This document shows positions 51,476 through 63,560 of a stretch of DNA of 64,000 nt, one piece after another. Position 1 is the stretch's first letter. Each line of letters opens with the position of its first letter. Origin of the DNA: Botryllus schlosseri. Its lineage: Eukaryota. The translations under genes were made by a program, and so were the position numbers. Location: the NCBI GenBank assembly GCA_051294905.1, contig CM119381.1, forward strand, positions 13,082,001-13,146,000, given 5' to 3'. The notes beneath the pieces were generated by a model. It was not told the DNA's origin. It searched no databases and saw only the letters and a list, made by a program, of their open reading frames with translations.

Positions 51476-54044
51476 GAGTTGACACTGTATTTCAATTGCG
51501 TCATAATTCATATGATAATTTTGTACCCTTCGTTATATTTGTCTTAGCAGGCACCAAAGCATTAGCTGTTAGGCGTCATGGTACATTTGTAGTTGAGGGC
51601 GTTTTGAATTGAATTACATACCGTCTGTCGGCGACAGCTAGGTTCCGGAAATTAGCGTGACTGCAAGTTTCATTATGACATAACATGAACTGATCGATGA
51701 GGACTTTGCTACAATGATCCATGCACCCCCACCGGCGGTTGCATTTGTGATTAGTTATGGTAAGAAATTTCCTGATTGAAGGCGCTATAGGTCTTACAAT
51801 GTAGGCGCTATAGGTCTTACAATGTAGGTTGGTGTAAAGCGCGAAAGTTACGTCCGTCTTGCAAATTGCAAGTTGGCAATCAATTCACTCAGCTGAATTT
51901 AAGCAGTGATGCGAACAGGAAATATCACTTTTCTTGCGTCTCCTTCCTATTTTCGGTCATTCGACGCCGCCGGTAACTTATGGTTGCTCGATGTTGTTCG
52001 CTTGTGTTTTGCATATTGCGAACGATATGGCGAGGCGCGTGCCCGAGTTTCGAAGGTTTGTGTTGAGCAAATAGTCTCTCATTTCTCCCTGTCCCGATTT
52101 TAAACACCGCATGCGGGATGTGGCGGTCACGACTTATGCCGATCAATTACACCCATGCGCGTGTGTATGTATTGTATACGGTATTAAACGATGCTGCTTC
52201 GTTCTGAGTACAGGGAATTGGTGCGGTACCGGAAAATATATCGTAATACGTGCCATGGATTTTTTAGTACCCTACTGGTACACTATAATTAAATATCGCG
52301 CGATATTTACGTACCCAAGTCGTACCAAGCAAGCAATACACGTATTGGCTGAGCGAGCACATTGGCCATGGTGCAGTAGCAGTGCGGCATAAAATTCCGG
52401 AATGATATTTTCATTCCCAAATCCCAATGCATCAAACATAACCTTGACCTTTAAAGCTTCTTATTTGGTCAGATAGTAGCGCTTCTTGTTGAGCAGCTTC
52501 AGCTGTCTAAGTAGATTCGTTGCTGCGGTTATATGGAACGTGTTCTGTCAGTCCGCAGTGATCGCGATTAAGCAACAGAGTCGCAGTACATCCAGCTCAT
52601 ACGGAAATCGAGGTCAGCTGAGTAAAGCGTGAATAGGACATGAGACGCTACGTCATAACTCACAGGGCTATTTACGTGGACCTACTCTCGATCGAATTCA
52701 ACGTTGCCTGGTTAATCCAACCGCAGACATAACAACGTTACGCCCGATGAACACCAAGTACTGCGGGCTACAGTATCTCGAGAGGTATTGATTCGTGAGT
52801 TGATAACGTGACTCTTATCAATTTTGAAGGGTGTGTAAGTAAAAATGAGTTCTTCATTCTTCGATTTGGTAACGAGTCTTGTTTTGATGGTATTGTTAAA
52901 CTTTCCGAATTCTTGACTTCGCACATTCGAATACGTACCCAATACAGGCAGGCAAATGTGTTGCTGCTGAAGACAACTAAAGCCAACGGCGTCACACCTG
53001 CTCGTAGTCACAGAACGTGAGGAAATTATGGTCATATACCAGCGACCAGCGTTTGTGTGATTTGTCCGTCTTGAGGCTTTTCAACTGGACTAGTTGTTTG
53101 GTAGCCTATTCCGTTAAATCAGTATTTTACCGAGCTTGCTCAGCATGCGTACAGTGGTATGCCTTACTTCAGATCGTTCAGGACTGAATTTTTGTAATAT
53201 ATCCGAACTGCACACAACACACGGTGCACACTGCACAGGTTCGCCGATTCGCATCATTGATTTTTCATCATGGACTCAATTCGGTTTATTTTGCGAAGAT
53301 TCAGGAGCACGCAGGTCGCCAGTAAGATGCGGATTGTGAGGCCGAAATATGAAGGTTGCTGGGCGAGGCGATGTAAAGTATGTAGCATATGTGCTATCAT
53401 TGTGAGCTTGAGGTAAAAATGTCCTATCGATTCAAGACAACTTTCCGGTTTTTGCTATACAGGAATAAGCAGATTATTTCAACAGATACACCAGCGCCAG
53501 TTTTGCATCATATGTCGTATATTGGTACTTAACTTAATGCAAATATCCAGATATAAACTTGCAAGAGACGCGTGCAGTTATGAGTGAATTGTGCAGGGTT
53601 AATTCAAGAGTATTAACGAGACAAAGCCTACCGTGTGGTTCATTCCAGATATACGTGACTTGACCCAAACTGCCATTCTCATTTGGAGAACGCACGAAAG
53701 CTTAAATTGTGGTCATCGCTATCAAAAGATATCACTAGAAGCCAGACTGTCTATTGTATACAATAGAAGCCGCGTCGAAGGTGCTGGCTCTCCATGGCGA
53801 CAGGGGAAAACGTTTTGAAAATAAGTACTCATTGGTCGTTTGACATATACCGAAATGGTCGGCATGAGGCTCATTCTTGTTGTGAGTATTAAATCGGAAT
53901 GAGTGCAATGGGGCTGACACGTGGTGGCAAATGTGTGAAGTCTGGGCAAAGCAGTTGATCAAATTCTTGCCTTTCACATCCCCCTCCACCAAACCGACGC
54001 GACCTATCCCAATATCTTCTTCTTTACCGTTGCCCACTGAGCAG

Positions 54045-54139
54045 TGCTTTCGGCTATATTTCCGGTCTCACAGTTATCATAAGCAACATCGTCCTGCTGG
54101 TATACATGACCGTGTACGTGACCGTGAATGCGGAATATG
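54045..54139 (+). CDS. Candidate exon encoding a transmembrane-like helix (AFGYISGLTVIISNIVLLVYMTVYVTVNAEY)
   Basis: About 85-nt AG-free pyrimidine-rich tract, tandem GAG/CAG acceptor, donor G|GTATGT. Phase 2 in and phase 1 out. Confidence 0.42.
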
Positions 54140-54267
54140 GTATGTAATATGTTTAGACTGCAAATCATTTGCTTGTGTATGTCTTGGATCGTGAATTTGC
54201 ATGCATATAGCAATTTCAACAAGCTATTCACTCACCATGTTCACTGTTCAGTGGTCATGGCTACAAG

Positions 54268-55191
54268 CAGGGAATGGTATGGTACGGAACGAAATTCCGG
54301 AATGGAATATGGAGATACTCGATTCAAGTATGGTATGGTATAGAATTTTTTTTAGTATGGTATGGAATTCTTTTTCCATACATTCCATACTTTGGCAGTT
54401 TTTCCAGAACCATGACATTTATCCTACTGTCGGTTTCTCAAATCGACTGCATACCTCAGAAAATCGTTGACTGACAGGTCTATGTTCATACCTCAAATTG
54501 CGACCCATTCCGATAGATATGTATTTGAAGGTAAAATGTTGTGTAACGCGCACATGAAGGAAAATAATATTAATGAAAATTACGTACCATCTTAATACCA
54601 CAATAAAATACCATTTGATATTCGACCGCTGTCGCGTTACAGCTTACATTTCGCTTATCGTAACTTCCACTTCGTAAACTACCAAGAGAAGTTTTAAAAT
54701 CGTAGACCCTGAGAAAGTAGAATATCAATTTAAGTATATCAATTTGTTGAACTTGGGGATTATATCCCGTGCTTTACTCCTTAACATGATCATCACGCAA
54801 TATGTTACGCTACGTCACCTCCCACACGCATTGTAACTTCATTAAATCTGGTTATCCCTGATAACAGAATGGACACCTTGATGTTAACTAATGAAGCTAA
54901 TGAGCATGATCCACGCATTGGCAGGGGAATCAGACATGTGTCCCGCTGTCGCCAAATCCCTAATGAATGTAGCGATGTGAAATTGTATTCTAAGATATAT
55001 TCTAATGGGGCAATACCTTTGTTCTATGCAGGGATATGTAGAACTTTTAGATATCCCTGGTCCTACGTCATTTTGTACGATATCTACATATTACTATTAG
55101 CTGTGGTATGGAAAATTGTAAGTATGGTTGTGAATGATTGAGGCAGGTATGGAGTATGGAAATTTCCCATTCCATACCATACCATGCCCTA
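54268..55191. mobile_element. hAT-type MITE with GGTAT/GGAAT repeats
   Basis: TIR CAGGGAATGGTATGGTACGGAA / TTCCATACCATACCATGCCCTA and TSD GCTACAAG/CTTACAAG (6/8). Confidence 0.8.
55032..55117 (+). CDS. Candidate exon inside the MITE (ICRTFRYPWSYVILYDIYILLLAVVWKI)
   Basis: Acceptor TTGTTCTATGCAG|G, donor |GTAAGT, phase-compatible with 54045-54139. It lies within a TE, which lowers confidence. Confidence 0.25.
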
Positions 55192-55343
55192 CTTACAAGC
55201 AACATGCTTACGCAAGAATTATAATTAATATATTGTCGTCTATGATAATTTCTCGACCAATTCTCAAAAAGAGTGCATTTATTGACACATGTAAAATCCT
55301 CTGGTGCAGTGCTATTCGACCTGGGGGATAGTACGCACTAATT

Positions 55344-57763
55344 TAGGGTTACCATATTTCTGTGACCCAAATTCCGGACACTCTTTAGCGCCCACTAGTG
55401 GATTTGATTTCAAAATGAGTTGTGAGCACATTGTCTGTAAATATGACGTCACACGAGCAAAGCTTTGCTCATAGACTAGAGGCGGTCACGATTCGGTCCA
55501 GGAGTATGTGGCTGTGTATTGTGTAACTGGGACCGAAACCACATTTTTTCAGCCCCTTTCCAACCCAAATAAACAATGAGTTTGAGCCCACCATGGGGTA
55601 ATCGATCCAGCTTCTATGAGGGGGGGGGGTGCTATATGCATCTGGTAATTTTTTGAATGAATTCTGTCAATAATATTGGTAGTTCCATATATTACTAGAT
55701 AGTTACTACTCTCCGCCCACATGATCAGAGTTAGCGGTAGAGCTGAGGTGGATGATGATGAGTTCGAAAATACGGGAGCATTTATCAACCTTATACTGGT
55801 GCGCGCCACGGAACTTTATAAATACCCCACATCCAGTGGTTTCCAACCTTATATGGTCGCGACTCCATCTCCAATTTGAAAATGTTCCGTGGCCCAGATC
55901 AAAATTTGGCGAGCTGATTACTAAAAGAAGTCAGCACCTTTGCATAGACTTATTCACATAGGCTATTTTGGAAGCTGATCACGTTCAAGATCTTCGCGAA
56001 CCCCAGAATAAAGGCAAACGACCCTCACGTTTGGAACCACTATCTTTGAATATAGCATTTAAACGGCCTTAACGATCTCTAGGAATATACCGTTCTCCTA
56101 TAATTGCGATTAAAATTAGGCTTATTTCAGTAAATGAAGGTTGTTTTTATTGTATTTTATTGCAGTTTTTGCGAGGGTGGTAGTACCCAAAGAATGTAGA
56201 AGGACAAGAAGTGCGAGGTCATTGTGTCGTCATTTCATTGTTACGTATGGCGTCCGCCATTTTGGTCTCAAAAGCTGCAGCGATCTGCCTTCGGTTTGCC
56301 TACAGACGCGCTTGCCGGTTCTATTAAAATTTATTATTTGGATAATTTCACCCTTATTTATAAAGTCCGACTATGACTGATTAATTTATACACCAATTAA
56401 TCATTACTAAGAAACTGGAACGAGCCTTAACCCGAGAATATATTAAAAAATTCAGAAAAATGTTCGTGGTATCAGAGCATTTACCCAGATATCTACACTA
56501 TCGATAGTTTACATTCGATATAGAAACACTGTTGGAGCTCAAAAACTACCCATTCTTTCCAGATAAAAACCTGATTTTCAGTGCTGACATAATTGTATCA
56601 CCAGACCATCAGCATCCAGAGGCCTGTCCTTCTCTTTTCAAAGCTTGAATCTGATCCTTGTTAACAAAACTTCCTATCCTCCTCCATCTGTCCCGTGTTA
56701 TCGGAGCTTACATGCAACTACCAAAACGATCATAAATTGTACAATTCCACTATTATTCACATTTGGGTATCTTGTATGGTTCTCATTGTGTATTTGTATC
56801 GTCAAAATGCTACAATTAATTTCACAAGGATTTCGCATTACCAGCGATTTCAACGGCGCAATTTCTCCATCTTTCTCCCTGAATTTGTTTGCACTGTATT
56901 CCGTGGCACACAAAACCTGAACAGGTGATAAGGGTGACTCTAAACTTTTAATAAGAATAATAATAACGAGCAATTTCTTCATCTTTCTCCCGACACCGGC
57001 CTTGTAGCTGCAAATTGTAAGATGGGTGACTTTATATCGTAGTGGGTGGTCTATGCTGTTACAGTATCTATGCGGAAAGTTCCTATCGGCAATATTGAAT
57101 CTTACTAGCTCCATCTCCTGCTTCAACAGGATACAATTCTCACAAGAAGCCTTTTGGTTGAGATTCTAAATAAAGGGATTAATTCGCCAAATCACGAAGA
57201 AGCAATGTAGGATTGTACGCCTACCGGGATTCGCCGGTGATTTGTTTTTCATCAACATATACAGTTATACACGCCATCATTGCAATCCAAACGACCAGCA
57301 GACAACGAAAATACATAAATTCACCTTGGTTTCTATGTCCAATATCCCAGTTGCGAGCGTAATCCCATAAATATCACTGCCAATATGACCGAAAACTACA
57401 GCCGCACGCATAGGTTCAGGCTGTCTTTGTGGTCTTTTGAGACCAAAATGGATGCCGCTGCGTAACAGTGGCGTGACGCAACAATGACCTCGCACTTCTT
57501 GTCCTTCTACATTCTTTGGTAGTACCCATATTAAAATCAATAAATGTGATAGTAAATCGCGCGGAGCGCGAAGAAAAACATCATGTAGCATAAATATTCC
57601 CCAAAATCATGTTTTTATGTCGATTTACGAAAAAAATGATGAGCCTATGTCAAGCCTTCAAAATTCCGGACATTTGGCCTATTTTAGAAATTCCTCCCGG
57701 ACGCAAGTTTGAACAGTGAAATTCCGGACATGTCCGGGAAATTCCGGACGTATGGCAACCCTA
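55344..57763. mobile_element. MER53/Blackjack-like hAT MITE hosting nested elements
   Basis: TIR TAGGGTTACCA / TGGCAACCCTA, CCGGAC repeats, TSD CACTAATT/CACTAGTG (6/8). A small CAGTGGTTTCCAA-ended element is nested at 55834-56042. Confidence 0.82.
56188..57518 (+). mobile_element. P-superfamily-like non-autonomous element (1331 bp)
   Basis: Perfect 38-bp TIR starting CAAAG (imperfect to ~100 bp), perfect TSD GTAGTACC, and a weak THAP-like remnant. The boundaries are firm; the superfamily call is inference. Confidence 0.8.
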
Positions 57764-58582
57764 CACTAGTGCGGATGAAAAAAAAACGGCAATGCACAAG
57801 ACAAACGTGGTGCGGTGCGTGCGGATGAAAATCGTAAATTATGTAACTTTTTCTGACATGGTATAATTCAAATGAACCCAACAAGAAATTCCAGTGAAAT
57901 GGCTCCCTAACTTTTGTCGTTGTGACGCAATTGTGAAAACTTCTTCGACATACTATGCAGCACTAATCGTAGCTTTCACAATAACCTTGTCTTGCAACAG
58001 CCGTAGTGAATTAATATTTGCGCACTAAAATTATTGCGTAATCAAAAGTCTGGTTCGAAAGCACGTGTAGTGGCAGGCATACAGTACATCAGCCCGTCTG
58101 AGTTTGCGACACGCGGGAACAAATGACGTAAAATTGACTTTCTGCTTTCGTTCTCTGAACAATAATTATATTTTCGAAATAACGGTTCGATAAGCACGAG
58201 GCACGAAAATAGTGATAAATACCATCATTACAGACTCACATTTGCAAGCTACTGTAACGCAAATTCTTCTTCCTTTAATGGTTCTTAAAATATGGATCGC
58301 AAAGGGTATTATTATGGTTATAGTAATATGTGAATCTACTAATAATAATGACAAAATTCATTTGTAAAACTGAAAAATTTTTCGCTCATTGCACGACCAT
58401 AATTCACCACACTAATTATTCAAAACATGGTAACTAGCGATTTCGGTGCGTAGTACGCCGATATGAGAATGTAGAATGGTCCGTGAAGTTCACCGGAAAT
58501 GGACATGGCCAGTTGAACATGGTTATTTGCCGCCCAGTTAGTTCATTACGTCTTATGCACTGGAATGCGGCTGTAGGCTACG

Positions 58583-59143
58583 TAGGTAATCGAATGCGGC
58601 CGATATTGATTGTTGCAGGCCGATACCGATTATCGACACACTCGCAAGACCGATAACCGATAACATAAACCGATATTAATACGGAATAAGCAGAGAGCCA
58701 TTTCGCCAAAAAAGATTATATATTAAGCAAGATGACACTTGCACATGCCACAGAAAGCTGAACAACAAACGAGCAAACTGAAATCAAAAAGAATTATTGT
58801 TGAATTGTGCACATTCATTGAAATCTGGGCTAACCCGAAAATAAAAACGTGATACAGAACTGCAGATCAGTCCAGTAGAGGTAGATTGTAATGCAGGAAG
58901 CACAGTTTTTCTGCATAATCATCCAGTTAAACTTGTCCCACAAGCGTAAATCTGTCATGTATCGCGCATTGCGTCGTCGATTTCTCGAGATTGAGAACAT
59001 GGAACATCGAATTTACAATATTTTTGAATTAGAAAAAAAAATATCGGCCTCGATATCGGCGATAATAGGCCGATATCGATAATCGGGAAAGTTCGAAATA
59101 TCGGTCTCGATAATCGGCTAGGTCGATTATCGGGCGACCTCTA
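58583..59143. mobile_element. MITE with CCGATA/TATCGG subterminal repeats
   Basis: Right end CGATTATCGGGCGACCTCTA with inverted CCGATA arrays. The left end is decayed and approximate. Confidence 0.6.
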
Positions 59144-61350
59144 ATCTATACGGGTGGGATGATATTTCGTTTCAAATATAGCGATACTTTACTGCATTTT
59201 GACATAGATGACAGCCAGACTGAAATTGCGCATATAGGCTCATTGTCGCTCAATGACTTTGAGTCATGGCTTACATCAATGGCTTGTCCGTGGAACTTTT
59301 CCGGATGTGAAAAACAATGTGCGATAACAATCGATCTAGAAGATGTTTGTCACAATTGTGGTAATCCTTTTTGGGTATAAGTAGCAGACTTTTCTAACGC
59401 GTACACGGCGTACAGTCATACCCTTAAACGTTGCACAATGCACATATCCGCGATCCAGATCAGCAATTTGGAATGTTCCCGACCATATGAAATTTAACGA
59501 ATTATTATACGATTACAAGTTGAATGGGGTTGATGAAATGAAGGACATAGGTCACACCTGTATAGAGTACATGGATATGTCGATTCGATATGTTAGTCGG
59601 TGGCCCAGTTGTCCATTTGTGTGTTGAGGATATAATCTTCTTACTTGGTTGCATTGAAAATGTCTAATTGCAAACATAATAGTGGAATTACTAAATAAAG
59701 TTATGCGCAGTGCCCGACCACTTCGATAGCCGCCAAATTCCGCGCAAGTTTCACAGGTCCATGCTTACAAGACACAGCTAGTGGTATGTCAATGTGTCAT
59801 TCAATTTGTCCTTGTGTAGCCGATCTAAATGGTGATATTTTACCATGAAGTTGTGTTAGAAATTATCATATGGTAACCACTTTCTGGACAGCGAGTCGCA
59901 GGATTGTACTGCCCTGTTGTGTCGTTTCCTCAATTTAGCATCGTTCGTAAAGAAATAGCTACCAGCGTCAATGTCGGGATGATATTACTCGGAAAGTAGT
60001 GTTTTCTTGAACGCGTAGTGATCTTATCTCTATAGTATAGTCAATATCTCGCGTAAAACCGCAGTAGACGTTGACTTGAGCAGGATGCCTGTGGAATTAG
60101 CGGTGCGTAGTTTTCTATTCATAAATCATTTACCGCATAAGGAAGTTGTACAACAAGAGAGATGAAACTGGAATTTTGAGGATTCATATTTATGCGAATG
60201 CGTACAGGCAATGGCCTGGGACTATAGTTTGTCCCGTTGCTTAGACCTCGCAGTTATGAGTTGAGACACATTTGTTTGCAAGGAGCCCATTATAGATGTA
60301 GTTCGCAACGATGTATGTTTTCTGTGAATTCGTTGACAATGTATTTGACTGCGCTCAGGTACTACAATCTTCAGAATACATCCACTTATACAAGATTGAA
60401 GGCGAAACTATTTCACTTGCGCTGTAGTATAGATTGGTCTTTTATTGAGCGTACTGACAATCTGACATTGTACTTGTTCATGAAATCAACTTGAAAAAAC
60501 TACTCACGAGTAGCCTACCATATAGAGCCATTTTCATATGACCGTTATCTTCAATTCGACATTCGAAAAGCTTATTTCCATTAGGACAATATTGAGACAC
60601 ATCGTCTCGAACTATACCTCTTAAAGGTCATTTGTAGCGATGGGGGCACTGGTTTTTACTATTCCATTCAACAACCTCAGAAGCACCTCTTTAGCAGGGG
60701 TGGAAATCATAGGTGACATTTTGTACGTCTGACTATAGCTAATAGGAGTGGGCCTATAGGTAAAATCAAACTGCCCTACCCTGTATGTAACTTTACCGTG
60801 GCATGTACACTGTGCACTGTTGTACAGGTAGTGTTTATATGTTATTTTCTCATTGTCCTGCCATTTTAGGGGTGGGCAAAATCGGGTACCTCAGCGATTC
60901 GATTCCGAGTGGAGTATCAAACTTCGTACCGCCTATAAATCATTGAAACTATATTTTTATTGATAAAATATTACTCTTGCTGTGAAGCCGTATATATTCA
61001 TTACTCGAAAATTATCGACTTTCACAATTCAATTTGAAGTCATGTCAAGTCATGAAATAGTCGGTATTATTCCAATGCATTATGAGGCTCTGTACTTCAT
61101 AGCGTCTCTTTGTTAACTAACAGTAGGTGATGCCAATCCGGTGGGCCTCACCTGGTCATTGTTTCTCTGCACTGTCATTGTACGTAAACATGCCCAATTT
61201 CACATTCCTTGACAATTTTGAAGGGGTTGTGGTGTTCTGACGTTATTGATATTTAAATTTTCGGAATCGGTGGGAAAATAGCATTCGATTAATACCAATT
61301 ATCACCAATTCGGAGCTGTTTATGATTAATTGTGCTGCATTTTTTAGCGA

Positions 61351-61664
61351 TAGGGCTACGATAAGTCCTCCTTTTTCATAAAATTAAAAATGTCCTCCGA
61401 TTTGGCAATTCGACCGCCTTTACTGCTCTTACAAGTAGGCCAATGAACAGGGTAAACTGAAAATCGGCATAAATGATGCGAAATAGGTAATGCGGACGTT
61501 CGAGTGAGTCATCCGGGAGTCGAATCATAGTAATGACCTTTTTTCTATCTTTTTTTAGTCAAGACAACAAGATGTCCAGTAAATATTACAAAATCAGCTG
61601 TTTTCAATTTCGGTAAACTAACTTTTATGATTTTTTTTCCCGGATTCCGAAATATGGTACCCTA
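61351..61664. mobile_element. Decayed Blackjack-like MITE (863/14899 family)
   Basis: TAGGG...GTCCTC start. The right end matches 3940-4051. TSD match is 5/8. Confidence 0.68.
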
Positions 61665-61812
61665 TTAAACGGTAAATATATAAAATTCGTGATTTTGCAT
61701 GTTAAAATGTTTCCAAATTAGTCATTCATGAACATCCATGGAAAATACCTATAAATATTGGTATCATAATCACTGATGCAGGGCATCGTGATCAGCGTTT
61801 ATCCGTCTATCG

Positions 61813-62521
61813 CAGTGATTCTTAACCTTGTCTCCAGCGCCCCCCAGGGGGTGATTTGGATTTTGAAGGGTGCGGAAACGCTCAAGGGGCAATATGGGGG
61901 GGGACTGAAATGTTTCCACAAAATGTTCGAAAAGGCACTGTGATGTACAACTTTTGGTGGTGCCCTTTGTACATTAGGGATATTTTGAAGCTTTTTGGCC
62001 AAAATGATCAACTAAATATATTTGTATTTGAGAGCTACAAAACTAAATCGTCAGAATATTTCTTCATCGTAATATAAAGGATGATACTGCTTAGAGTTGT
62101 TACCCACATTCATGTGTAAGTTAAGAGCTTGGTGCAATACTAAATTTAATGTGAGCAAAGATCTCTACCACATTCTCAGTTGATTTAGTAGTCACACAAA
62201 GCAATAAAACAAAACCCGATACAATAAACTTCCCCGTATCGCAGAGGAGAATTCGGGATGTGTACGTCGATCTCGAACCAAATGCTATGAGCCCGTAGGC
62301 TTTACCCGATGGTTGTTATAACAACCTGGAGTTGAACCAGAAAATAGCACATACAATTATCATTCCGTTAATTAGTCGAGTGGTTAATAGTGAAGTGCCA
62401 ACCAGAAACCGGACTTCGACCACTTACCCATTGATTTTTACTCAGTCCACGAAATACGGGGGCGCCAGACCCAAAAAAAAATTGAAAGGGGGCGCTGGAG
62501 AAAAAAAGTTAAAAACTACTG
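61813..62521. mobile_element. Charlie-type hAT MITE
   Basis: Degenerate TIR CAGTGATTCTTAAC / GTTAAAAACTACTG and perfect TSD GTCTATCG. Confidence 0.85.
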
Positions 62522-63475
62522 GTCTATCGTGAACGTCACTTTATTACTACTGTTCAATGATCATGCGTCCGCTAACCGAAAACCATATTTTGATATCCGC
62601 TAACCAAAAACCATATTTTGATAGTCATTTCCATGCCACAATGAGCCACAGCCACACATTTTTGGAGCGAGACTGGGTAGGCTTATGTGAAGCTGCAGCG
62701 CCATCTGGCGACTAGTCTAAACTTCAGATTGAGCGATGCTAAATGCTCCTGCCAACTGCCCAGTGCCCAGCTATACAAACGCTGTCCGGTGGTATTCCGA
62801 GAAATTTACAAGCCTATCTGGCTGCCATGTTTGATCTCATGCGCAGGATAATAGTTGTGTTTCGGATTGCATGGCAAAGTCATTGTTCGTTTTTCTCGTA
62901 GTTCCATTTAATCATTGGTACGACTGTATTGGGTTCGACGAGTATTGATTTGAAAATTTGTACTACTAGTTTCGGGCTTGAGTCGCGCCGCTGAATCTCA
63001 ATCTCGTGTTTCGGCCGGATATACACGGCCCACTCTCCCTTATGGCTCATACTTTCCATAATTATATACATGCTACTTATTAACGGTCGTATTGACCAGG
63101 TACGGATACGGAACCAGCTTGTAGGTGACCACAAACAATGCAATACCGGCTCTACATCACATTAAAGATAATAATTTGTTATTTGTTAGACCATGCCTAC
63201 TTCATTACACTTCGTGACAATACTGTGGGTCGATGACCACTTCACAAATACGTATAGGCCCCTGATACCAGGGTTTGATCAACAAGCTTAGTTGCATCAT
63301 GAATTTTGTATTGCCTTGCCGATCTAGGCCCGGCCTGACTTCACATGCCCAAGAACAGGAAAGCATGTGTAGTAGCCTAAACGATGAATGATAAACCGGC
63401 TCTGTATTTTTCATTCCGTATTTACCGAATTGTAGCACGTGCCACTTCTAGGCTTTTCACAAGACACCGCTTACC

Positions 63476-63560
63476 CAGAGGTCTCAAACTCAAATGTGCT
63501 CGCGGGCCAATTTCCTACTTTTTGATGGCGCTGCGGGCGGCTGCACCAATAATATGGGAA
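63476..63560. mobile_element. Left end of a hAT MITE (other end not seen in window)
   Basis: CAGAGGTCTCAAACTC followed by GCGGGCC motifs. The extent is approximate. Confidence 0.5.

Noticed and set aside
55721-55879. Short ORF MIRVSGRAEVDDDEFENTGAF... resembling the 38673 exon start
   Set aside because: It is inside a hAT MITE and runs into a nested MITE end. The resemblance is only acidic low complexity.
56698-57126. 142-aa minus-strand ORF with MKKLLVIIILIK signal-like stretch
   Set aside because: It is inside the P-like element, the hydrophobic stretch comes from an (ATT)n-like run, and all overlapping frames look similarly hydrophobic.
58040-58075. GGTTCGAAAGC as a Pol III B box or tRNA T arm
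   Set aside because: No A box, cloverleaf or SINE-like tail was found.
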